64,000 nucleotides of DNA from an uncultured Clostridia bacterium. Lineage in GTDB: Bacteria > Bacillota > Clostridia > TANB77 > CAG-508. The DNA lies in the NCBI GenBank assembly GCA_944391755.1, contig CALXUT010000011.1, positions 11,261 to 75,260 of the forward strand, written 5' to 3'. The notes under the pieces were generated by a model. It worked only from the letters and a program-made list of their open reading frames with translations, had not been told where the DNA came from and did not search any database. Of this stretch, positions 56,801-64,000 are shown one piece after another (the first letter of the stretch is position 1; every line of letters starts with the position of its first letter). A program made the position numbers and the translations under genes.

Positions 56801-59800
56801 TAAAAGTAACTTCGGGTTCCGGTGTAGAAACAAGAATATATGTAAAAGGTGGAGAAGTATTAAACATTGTTGGTGGAGCTGGTGTTTCTACAACATATGA
56901 AGATAGAATCATTCAAATTACAGGAGGCATTATAACCTATAGTATTAGTGGAGGATCTAATGGTATATACGCCGATACAACTTCAAATAATGGAAAATTA
57001 GATGGAGATGCTCTTGTATATGTAGGTGGCAATGCACAAATAGGAACAGAAGAAACATTAGGACAGACACTATATGAAGTGGAAGCTGGTTGTGTATTAG
57101 GTGCAGGAAATGGTAATGAGAGATATAGTACTTCTTCTGGTCAAGTATATACATCACATGTTATAATAGATCAACAAGCACATATATTAAATAGTGTGTA
57201 TGGAGGAGGTAATTATGGAATTGTAGGAAGTTCTGGTTCTACTACAGCTACTGCAAAGATTGACATACTAGGAGGAACAATTGACAATAATGCTTATGGG
57301 GGACCAAATAGAAATAATGTATATGGTTCAACTATGATTAATATGAAAAATGGACAAGTAAAAGGAGCCGTATATGGAGGTTCAAATACATCTGGAACTA
57401 TATCTACAACTTCAACAATTAATGTTACAGGTGGAACATTAGGAATAGATACAAATACAACAGATAATGAAGTATTATTTGGTGGAGGATATGGTTCAAA
57501 TACCACTGTATCAGGAAATGCAACAGTAAATATATTAGATACAGATGCAAATGTACAAATCTATGGAAGTGCTTATGGTGGAAGTTCACTAGGAAGAATG
57601 AATAGTAATGTTGTCGTAAATATACAAGACATTCCTACAACAGCAAACAAAATATTTATTAATGGATATGTATTTGCAGGAGGAAAAGGAAATAATAATA
57701 CAGCAGCAACAATAGCAGGAACGGCAACAATGAATGTAGATGGAAGTAATTTACCAAATGCAAGTGTATTTGGAGGAAATGATATTAATGGAACAACATC
57801 TGGAAATATAACCGTCAATATAGGACAAACATATCAATCAACAATATTAGGAGTATATGGTGGAGGAAATAGAGCAAATATAACCACAACAACACCAAAT
57901 GTAAAAGTATATTTATTAGCAAATGCAGATGTAACCAATGCATTTAATGGAGGAAGAGCAGCAGATTTAATTTCATCAGGTTCAGCAGATACCTCAAGAG
58001 AAATTTATTTACAAGGAGGACATGCGGAGAATATATTTGGAGGATCAGATTCTTCAGGAACGGTAACAGCAAGTCATGTATATATACAATCAGGAACTGC
58101 AACAAATGTATATGGTGGAAACAATGAGGATGGAACAACAACCACTTCAAATGTATTTGTAACAGGAGGAACCGTTACAAATGTATATGGTGGAGGATAT
58201 CAAGCCACAACAACAGCCACAAATGTTAGTCTAACAGGAGGAACAGTAACAAATGGATTTGGAGGAGGAAATGCTGCAAATGTAACAAATTCTTCAATCC
58301 TATTAGCAGGAAGTACTGCAGAAAATGTATATGGAGGTTCAAATGAACAAGGAACGGTAACCAAATCCTATGTAGCAATCAATTCAGGAAAAGCAACAAA
58401 TGTATTTGGTGGCAATAATGCAGGTGGAAACACTATTGATACAGAAGTTATTATCAATTCTACAGTAGAAAATGTCTATGGTGGAGGAAATGAAGCTATT
58501 ACAACAAATGATACAGATGTTACAATAACAAATGCTACCATAACAGGAAGTTGTTATGGAGGAGGAAAAGGTGCAGCAGCAGTTGTAACAGGAGATAGCA
58601 TAATCAAAATAGAAGGAACAAGCAATATAGCAGGAGATGTATTTGGAGGAGGAGATGCAGCTGCAAATGGAACAACAGATTCTCCTTCAACAGTAAGAGT
58701 ATACATAACAGGAGGAATAATTGGTGGAGATGTCTATGGAGCAGCAAATACATCTGTTGTAAATGGACAAACAGAAGTAAAAATAGGAGTTACTCCAGTA
58801 AATGATGCAAGTATGGCACAAGGAAATATTAACATAACAGGAACCGTATTTGGTGGAGGAAAATCAAATTCAGCAGGTACAGAAGATTATGACTTTACAT
58901 TTGAGAGTGTTACAGGAGATGCCAATATAGATATAGATGCACAAGGTTATGATAATGGTACATATACATTTAATATAGGAGGAAGTATCTTTGGCTCAGG
59001 AAATGCAGCATCAATATCAGGAAATGGATATATAAGAGTATCAAATTATGGTACACCAACTGCTATAAAAGAAAACATATCTATCCAAAGAGCAACAGAA
59101 GTAACCTTAAATAATTGTGGAATCTATTTAGAAGGAACAACAGATAGAACAAATGAAATTGGAACAGCAGTATATGCTTTTAACAGAATCAATAATTTAA
59201 TCATAAAAAATAATACAACATTATATTTAGCAAGTGGTGCAAACTTACTAGAAAAATTTACAAGTGTAGATGCATCAGATAATAAAGCAACAGTTACTAT
59301 TGACGAAAATGGAGTAACAAGTCTTAATACAGATAATAGGATTTACCTATCAGAAGGAAAAAACTTAATATTAAGAGCAGAAGATGGAACACATGGAGAA
59401 GTTAGTGGTATGACATATATGGGACTATATAGAGGAACTCTCGATAGAGAAACAGGAATTTATAGTCCAGACTATACAGATGGAGATACGATTCCAGCAG
59501 ATATGGAGGAATTTACAAGAACTTCTTATGTACAAGGTAGACATTATGAAAGTCATAATATAGAAGTAGATGGTTTCTATACCAATTATAATGTAGATGG
59601 CATTATTGATGTTCAATATATTGTACCAACACCCGAAGAAGAAACATTTTATCAATGGATTGTTGGAACACCATCAGATGATATTTATTATGAGGATATA
59701 GAATTAATTGCAACAAAATATGCAACAACCTCTACACATGTATTACAATTAACTGGTTTAAATTATCCAAATATGACAATAAATGTAGTAGGATTTGATA

Positions 59801-61605
59801 CATCAGACCTAAAAGAAGGTGTGGAATTAACAGATCAAAGTAATATACCAAATATTGAGATGGATCCTCAAAAAGCCAATAATACATTTTCATTAACAAT
59901 GACAGCAGGAAATACAGGATGGCAAACAAAAGGAACAACCGATTTTTATACAACAGAAAATCATGATGTTGGTACATATGGAGGAACAACCCAGTATTTA
60001 AGTGAAAATTCTAATACAACACCAAGCTTTAGTTTATATATGGCAAGTTCTAAAAATATTAGTACAACAGAATCTCTTGGAACAGTAACGATTCATCTTA
60101 TAGTAAACTATATTGATGAAAATGATCCAGAACAAGAGATGATTCCAAGAAATGTATTTATTGTTTTAAGATTATCAACCAATAATACAGACAATTTAGT
60201 AAATGATTATTATGAAGGAGCAATCACACCAGGTAGAGAATATTCAATGTTTCCAACGACAACTACGAACATAACAAGTAACAGTTCATTATCTACCTAT
60301 TATTCTTTATACTTAGGAAATTATTCAACAGATGATGATTATTACTTTGATGAAAATTCCGATACAGGAATGGTAGGATATTATCATTGTTTAATAGCAA
60401 GTTGTGTATTACCTGCAAAAACGAAAATTACAATGGTAGATAGTTCAAGTTCAACTGTAAGATATTATTACTATATCGTAACAGAAGAAGATGAAGCTAC
60501 GGGAAAAACAGAATTTAACTTTACAGATTTTACTGCAATGGGAAGTACCAATGAAAAATATGATTCCGATTTATCATATTACAATAAAGACTTAGATATT
60601 GTACTAGAAGAATATATATTCCAAGTAGACTTTGCAGATATCACTTTAGCAAATTCTTTAGAACAACAAACACTAATTGTGCAATTAAGAGATATTTGGG
60701 ATGATAGTATGAAACTTACAGTAAATACAGACCAATATCCAATGATGTTTAATTTATATAGTGATAAAGAAGCTATAAAAGGTGTTGATGTAAATGCAAA
60801 CAAGAGCTTTATCTATATGGGAGATAACTTCACAGTAGACTTAGAAACAGAATATACATTCCAAACACAAAATTCAGAAACTGTATATGATACTACACAT
60901 TTTGAAGATCAATTAGGTGTAAAAATAACGATATTAGAAGGAAGTACACCTTTAAGTGCAAGCGAATTAACAGGTATTTATATAGAACATGGTGGAAAGC
61001 GATATTTCGCAAGATATGATGGTTCTTACAGATTAAAAATAGCAGATGCTGTATCAAATGTATTAACAAATATGATATTCTACACAGAAAATGGACAACT
61101 AGATACAGGAACATATACTATAATGTTTGAAACATTTGGATCAATTGATGGAGAATATTTCTCTAGTGCAATAGCATCAGACAGTATCAATATGCAAATC
61201 ATCAATACAGATTATGGACTATCTGCAGAATTAGATGATAATTCTGTATTAATCGATAAAACAACAGGATTAACAAAAAACAATAATAATCTATTAGACT
61301 TTACCATTGGCTATCAAGCAGAATTTTCAAATCCACAAATACATGTATCATTATATAGAAGAGATTATACAAGTATGTATGCTTCAACATATAGTTTAGT
61401 GAACTTAAAAGATTATGTTACAGATACATTAACAGATACAGGTACAGAAAATGAATATTTAGTAACAGATAATCCTCAAGCAACGCAGAACTTTACATTA
61501 AGATTAAAAGAGAATATTATGTCAGGAACCTATAAATTTATATTCTCACTATATGATGGAGATAATTATATTGGAGAAGTTGAAAAAATGGTTATTATAA
61601 AATAA
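53887..61605 (+). CDS. Giant 2572-aa surface protein: SipW-type signal, acidic spacer, beta-trefoil lectin-like segment, long parallel beta-helix repeat region
   Basis: N terminus KKKMLKRKMINTAFLLIFSVIAVSTYYTANFS. AKWIITQSGSGYTIRNVATGQYLS is ricin-B-like. More than 30 degenerate units of type xVYGG(S/N)Nx(S/D)GT...V.I.GG. No LPXTG or cell-wall-binding repeats at the C terminus. Confidence 0.8.
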   Translation: MKHLVKNKKKMLKRKMINTAFLLIFSVIAVSTYYTANFSRAKDIVEVSVNIKNAEQQDKESKLTLNATAGSDGESFYVKLPEYIDNKKVIKYSYYLESNKDITTSQEQNSEDSKQTVENDEDTVQESNILNEIETTQEENEITVDENLISTENTTEEKVNSDITDKNEEVPIDEIGPNDVLPESKIYLTSGEIRDKKLTILAHYDTKEVDGKILYNQLLTQQINDSNITVTGYMPENAQLNVTEVDKKGVQDTIREQASKPVILAVAYDIKIKIGEEIFEPYDVAENLNVSIEKASLENKEVNVWHIDNDNKVEQLENNQEDNTSTITTDGFSVFALEDVEATTLAIDGMADSVLTIDDAASDRYYWLGKNYTDDISGEYRGTYTDSNLANVTINYYAYANGEIDPEKVGYVSLTERYNVITYKKTCPITNGNVSIELIDNPFIDRPTGYGFGGWTSSDGIIKTNLYTNTQTISTTGSTNLTLNIYANWTVATVVYVDSNNGTDANDGKTPTTPVGSWGAALSIIRNNSANINDRENNIVVMMSDMDTSINYTTPISLITTVTGDVTYSSSTSFTSGNEYVLSNGTGSGDDAITANGNSISNTQLSDTTAPGDDAKWIITQSGSGYTIRNVATGQYLSYSNGLRMQTSPFVWNYYNRRFYCNRSWRNYYIRFNNNNWTTVTNQNQGTQFYFLTYSIENVNEEQEIIKGNTETNNNYTNSNNVAFTLTGLYGHVDYRTNATLNLTNRSYFDFEIYNDFQMEYININATGYTSNSDGTVFSDSYPWLYGRTNNVRIGRGITVAATGNSAGTFANVLGGTNTGTTGSRNNDDNEYKLVIESGKYSSIQGFNKYQSEASYYGTIYLILGSDIDRAIGNNNDLSVYYRTTINSGYGVNGKANVDEMSFLINVKSGNFGMDYTEIYPNSTDRAYAGIYLGGYGTSATEGGWFTSETRDISDRYMIVEGGQISNIIGGLKVTSGSGVETRIYVKGGEVLNIVGGAGVSTTYEDRIIQITGGIITYSISGGSNGIYADTTSNNGKLDGDALVYVGGNAQIGTEETLGQTLYEVEAGCVLGAGNGNERYSTSSGQVYTSHVIIDQQAHILNSVYGGGNYGIVGSSGSTTATAKIDILGGTIDNNAYGGPNRNNVYGSTMINMKNGQVKGAVYGGSNTSGTISTTSTINVTGGTLGIDTNTTDNEVLFGGGYGSNTTVSGNATVNILDTDANVQIYGSAYGGSSLGRMNSNVVVNIQDIPTTANKIFINGYVFAGGKGNNNTAATIAGTATMNVDGSNLPNASVFGGNDINGTTSGNITVNIGQTYQSTILGVYGGGNRANITTTTPNVKVYLLANADVTNAFNGGRAADLISSGSADTSREIYLQGGHAENIFGGSDSSGTVTASHVYIQSGTATNVYGGNNEDGTTTTSNVFVTGGTVTNVYGGGYQATTTATNVSLTGGTVTNGFGGGNAANVTNSSILLAGSTAENVYGGSNEQGTVTKSYVAINSGKATNVFGGNNAGGNTIDTEVIINSTVENVYGGGNEAITTNDTDVTITNATITGSCYGGGKGAAAVVTGDSIIKIEGTSNIAGDVFGGGDAAANGTTDSPSTVRVYITGGIIGGDVYGAANTSVVNGQTEVKIGVTPVNDASMAQGNINITGTVFGGGKSNSAGTEDYDFTFESVTGDANIDIDAQGYDNGTYTFNIGGSIFGSGNAASISGNGYIRVSNYGTPTAIKENISIQRATEVTLNNCGIYLEGTTDRTNEIGTAVYAFNRINNLIIKNNTTLYLASGANLLEKFTSVDASDNKATVTIDENGVTSLNTDNRIYLSEGKNLILRAEDGTHGEVSGMTYMGLYRGTLDRETGIYSPDYTDGDTIPADMEEFTRTSYVQGRHYESHNIEVDGFYTNYNVDGIIDVQYIVPTPEEETFYQWIVGTPSDDIYYEDIELIATKYATTSTHVLQLTGLNYPNMTINVVGFDTSDLKEGVELTDQSNIPNIEMDPQKANNTFSLTMTAGNTGWQTKGTTDFYTTENHDVGTYGGTTQYLSENSNTTPSFSLYMASSKNISTTESLGTVTIHLIVNYIDENDPEQEMIPRNVFIVLRLSTNNTDNLVNDYYEGAITPGREYSMFPTTTTNITSNSSLSTYYSLYLGNYSTDDDYYFDENSDTGMVGYYHCLIASCVLPAKTKITMVDSSSSTVRYYYYIVTEEDEATGKTEFNFTDFTAMGSTNEKYDSDLSYYNKDLDIVLEEYIFQVDFADITLANSLEQQTLIVQLRDIWDDSMKLTVNTDQYPMMFNLYSDKEAIKGVDVNANKSFIYMGDNFTVDLETEYTFQTQNSETVYDTTHFEDQLGVKITILEGSTPLSASELTGIYIEHGGKRYFARYDGSYRLKIADAVSNVLTNMIFYTENGQLDTGTYTIMFETFGSIDGEYFSSAIASDSINMQIINTDYGLSAELDDNSVLIDKTTGLTKNNNNLLDFTIGYQAEFSNPQIHVSLYRRDYTSMYASTYSLVNLKDYVTDTLTDTGTENEYLVTDNPQATQNFTLRLKENIMSGTYKFIFSLYDGDNYIGEVEKMVIIK
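56758..59050 (+). repeat. Imperfect coding repeats (beta-helix coils) inside the giant gene
   Basis: Recurrent aatgtatatggtgga / aatgtatttggtgg nucleotide units encoding (N/E)V(Y/F)GGx(N/G). Confidence 0.75.
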
Positions 61606-61622
61606 TGTATGATCGAAAAGTA

Positions 61623-61653
61623 AAAAGAGTGCTATAAAAAAAGTACTCTTTTT
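61623..61653 (+). terminator. Terminator-like hairpin after the giant gene
   Basis: aaaagagtgct / agtactctttt stem (one G-U) ending in a T run. Confidence 0.55.
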
Positions 61654-61682
61654 GCTTAAATAGTAAAGAAAAGGGGTATAAA

Positions 61683-63440
61683 ATGAAAAAATCAAATAAA
61701 GGACTAATTATTGCATTAATAATATGTTTGGTAATTTTAATAGGAGCAGGAGGCACTTTTGCGTATATTTATGTTGCTACTGATTTATTAAAAAGTAATC
61801 AAGAATTATTTTTTAAATATTTGTCACAAGTAGTAGATGAAGAAAACAGTTTTTTAGATAAGAATATAGAAAACTATTTTAATAAAAAAGAACAAACACC
61901 ATATGAAAATACAGGAAGTATTCGTGTGAATTTTCAAGCACCAGAAGAAAGTTTATCTGATAATTTAGTAGAAAGTGTTAATAAGTTTAATATTCGTTTT
62001 TCAGGAAAAACAGATAATACAAGAAAAAATGCAGAACAAAATATAGAATTAGATTTCGGACAAGATATGATTATTCCTATTAATTATAGAAGAAATAGCC
62101 AATTATATGGTTTACAATCTAAATATATTGGAAGTAAATACATAGCTTTAGAAAATAGTAATTTAAAAGAGCTTGTAGAAAAATTAGGAATGGATTCTTC
62201 TGAAATACCAGACAAAATTGAATTAGAACAAAGTGCCACAACATTAGAATTTACGCAAGAAGAAAAAAATCAAATAAAAGAAACATATCAACAAGTATTA
62301 ATAGAGCAAATTGCAAAAGATAAATTTACAAAAGCAGAAACACAAACAGGAACAAAATTTACAGTAACATTATCTGCAGAAGAAGTGAAAAATCTATTCA
62401 CACAACTTTTAGAAACATTTAAACAAGATACTATGTTAATGAATAAATTAAATCAATTTTTAAGTACAGTAGAAAGTACAAGTCAATTTGATCAAGAGAT
62501 GATACAAAATCTAATAGATGAAGTCAATCAAAGTGAAGTATCAGAATTTCAAGAATTAAAAATGACAATAGGTGAGCAAAATAAATTACTTAATCAAATT
62601 TTGATAGAATATGGTGCTATGAAAGTTGAAATTGTAAAAAATATCTCTAATGATTCAGTAAATTATGTAATAGAAATCCAAAGCAATGTGGATGAGGGAC
62701 AAGTGGAAATGTCACTTTCTTGTACATTTTCAGGAATATTTACACAAGAGAATGTAAATGAAACTTATGAATTTAAAATTGGTGGAACTGTAGATGGAGA
62801 GACAGTATCATATGATTATATCATTAATAATCAAGTTCAATTTAAAGATTCAGTAAGTATAGAATCTCTTAATAATGATACAGCCCTTTTCTTAAATGAT
62901 TGTGATGAAGCAACATTACAATCATTGATGACTGCTATTGCAGAAAGGATAGTAAGTTTAAATAGTCAGATAACAAGTAATTTAGGTGTAGAAGAATCAG
63001 AAAATCCTTTATTATATTCAAACCCACTTACTTCGCTAAGTATGATAATATATGACTCTACAAATGATATTCTTTCAAAAGCGGAAGAAGCGCAAGAAGC
63101 GATTAAACAACAAGAAATGGAAGAACAAAAGAAAGTAGAAGAGAATATTGATAAAACGTATTCTATTTTAAAACAAGCACATAATGATACATTTGAGAGA
63201 TACCTTGGACAAAGAAGAGGTGCGGAGGTCAATGCATTAATTAGTACAACATTAAGCAGTAATCTTTCAGAAACAGATGAAAATAGAAAAGTAAGTATTA
63301 CTTTAGATGGTACGGAAATATTAGGAATCAATGATACAGAAGCGCAAAGAGTAGATACTGCAAAACAATATCAAGTAGAAATGAGTTATGATGATTTTAC
63401 AGGTTTGATTACAGAAATAAAAGTAACAACAATAAATTAA
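61683..63440 (+). CDS. Secreted/anchored 585-aa hypothetical protein with SipW-cognate-like N terminus
   Basis: MKKSNKGLIIALIICLVILIGAGGTFAYIYVATD resembles the GGT(Y/F)A(Y/F)F SipW-cognate motif. RBS aaaagggg. Confidence 0.6.
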   Translation: MKKSNKGLIIALIICLVILIGAGGTFAYIYVATDLLKSNQELFFKYLSQVVDEENSFLDKNIENYFNKKEQTPYENTGSIRVNFQAPEESLSDNLVESVNKFNIRFSGKTDNTRKNAEQNIELDFGQDMIIPINYRRNSQLYGLQSKYIGSKYIALENSNLKELVEKLGMDSSEIPDKIELEQSATTLEFTQEEKNQIKETYQQVLIEQIAKDKFTKAETQTGTKFTVTLSAEEVKNLFTQLLETFKQDTMLMNKLNQFLSTVESTSQFDQEMIQNLIDEVNQSEVSEFQELKMTIGEQNKLLNQILIEYGAMKVEIVKNISNDSVNYVIEIQSNVDEGQVEMSLSCTFSGIFTQENVNETYEFKIGGTVDGETVSYDYIINNQVQFKDSVSIESLNNDTALFLNDCDEATLQSLMTAIAERIVSLNSQITSNLGVEESENPLLYSNPLTSLSMIIYDSTNDILSKAEEAQEAIKQQEMEEQKKVEENIDKTYSILKQAHNDTFERYLGQRRGAEVNALISTTLSSNLSETDENRKVSITLDGTEILGINDTEAQRVDTAKQYQVEMSYDDFTGLITEIKVTTIN

Positions 63441-63595
63441 GAGATATTGTAGTTGCCAAATCACGCGAAAAGTGCTATAATAATTATTGGCCTTGTGCTT
63501 AGAAACAGTATGCCCAACTAATTTTTAGTAAATGTAATAAATTTATTACATGGGAACGAACGTCACTTTTAGTGAGTAGTAGGGAAAGGAAAAAT

Positions 63596-64000
63596 ATGGC
63601 AACTCAGCGGTTATACTTAGGAGAGGTACCTGTAAAGATGGCGCAAGTAGGTAATAGCATGTCAACATACTACAGCTACTGGCCTGAAAAGAAGATTCTT
63701 GAAATCTATTGGAAAGAGCGAGTAGTTACAAGGTGTAGGGCTTTGCCTGGTGATGCATTTGTTGTTATTTGCAATGGGACAAAACCTATTGTAAATGCAC
63801 TCGGAATTCCCTACCGTAAGGTAGATATTATCGCCTGGCTTCTGTCGTATTATCAGCAGAGCAGGGCATACACTCTTGAGGGGTACGAAAACCTTATGAA
63901 AACCAGAAGAAAAAGCTTCTGGTGGTGGGGGTATGAAGATTGGGAAATCAGAGGCGAAAATTATATTTTTGCACTCTGTAACCGGCAGGATTGCGGAGGT
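63596..64000 (+). CDS. Hypothetical protein, 3' end outside window (markedly higher G+C)
   Basis: ATG 63596 follows RBS aaagga. 135 codons are open to the window edge. Translation MATQRLYLGEVPVKMAQVG... has no recognised motif. Confidence 0.45.
   Translation, partial: MATQRLYLGEVPVKMAQVGNSMSTYYSYWPEKKILEIYWKERVVTRCRALPGDAFVVICNGTKPIVNALGIPYRKVDIIAWLLSYYQQSRAYTLEGYENLMKTRRKSFWWWGYEDWEIRGENYIFALCNRQDCGG

Noticed and set aside
56758-59050. Periodic nucleotide repeats, considered as a tandem DNA repeat or CRISPR-like array
   Set aside because: The repeats are imperfect and variable in length, and they lie in frame inside one long ORF. They encode beta-helix coils. There is no repeat-spacer architecture anywhere in the window.
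35550-63440. Sortase-dependent pilus, type IV pilus/competence pilus, or flagellar/secretion-system locus
   Set aside because: There is no sortase, and no LPXTG at any C terminus. There is no G/FTLIE prepilin motif, and no PilB/PilT-type ATPase, secretin or flagellar genes.
33578-63440. Prophage or integrative conjugative element
   Set aside because: No integrase/recombinase of the tyrosine or serine type, terminase, capsid, tail, relaxase or T4SS genes are present. The only mobility-related genes are the two Rpn-like ORFs.
1-64000. Alternative genetic code (TGA read-through, code 4 or 25), considered because of extreme AT-richness and two genes without canonical starts
   Set aside because: All housekeeping proteins (UvrA, UvrB, RecN, PNPase, AddA, MiaB, MutS) are full length under the standard bacterial code. 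TGA is seen functioning as a stop, for example at 8371-8373 and 43133-43135.

Overview
This is a visibly AT-rich Bacillota (Firmicutes)-type chromosomal segment with nearly all genes on the + strand. All family assignments come from motif recognition by eye; no database search, folding or statistics could be run.

Core region (1-33.6 kb): mostly housekeeping genes.
- A GH13 glycosidase and a VanY-type carboxypeptidase.
- uvrB, a sugar-nucleotide dehydratase/epimerase pair, uvrA and recN.
- An amidohydrolase and an ABC-2 exporter.
- rpsO-pnp, addA and miaB-mutS.
- Interspersed short hypothetical ORFs of noticeably higher G+C, and a HipA-like kinase module.

Accessory region (33.6-63.45 kb): it sits where mutL would normally follow mutS. 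Two Rpn/PD-(D/E)XK transposase-like paralogs bracket a 10-gene operon, and three more transcription units follow. Together they encode:
- Four SipW-type (S26B) signal peptidase paralogs. One is catalytically degenerate and one has a long acidic/basic tail.
- At least nine proteins with SipW-cognate (TasA/camelysin-type) signal peptides. These include a tandem pair of 334-aa putative major subunits and a 2572-aa beta-helix/lectin-like giant.
- A membrane-anchored, coiled-coil McrB-family AAA+ GTPase with a nuclease-less McrC/DUF2357-like partner.

I interpret this as an expanded, apparently undescribed TasA-like surface-fibre/adhesin assembly system.

Non-coding signals:
- A five-member family of roughly 80-100 nt hairpin elements with a conserved core and covarying arms.
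- Two divergent promoter regions inside the locus, each carrying an 11-bp-phased TGTAA/A-tract array. The two arrays share an identical 20-mer.
- No rRNA, tRNA or CRISPR array was seen.
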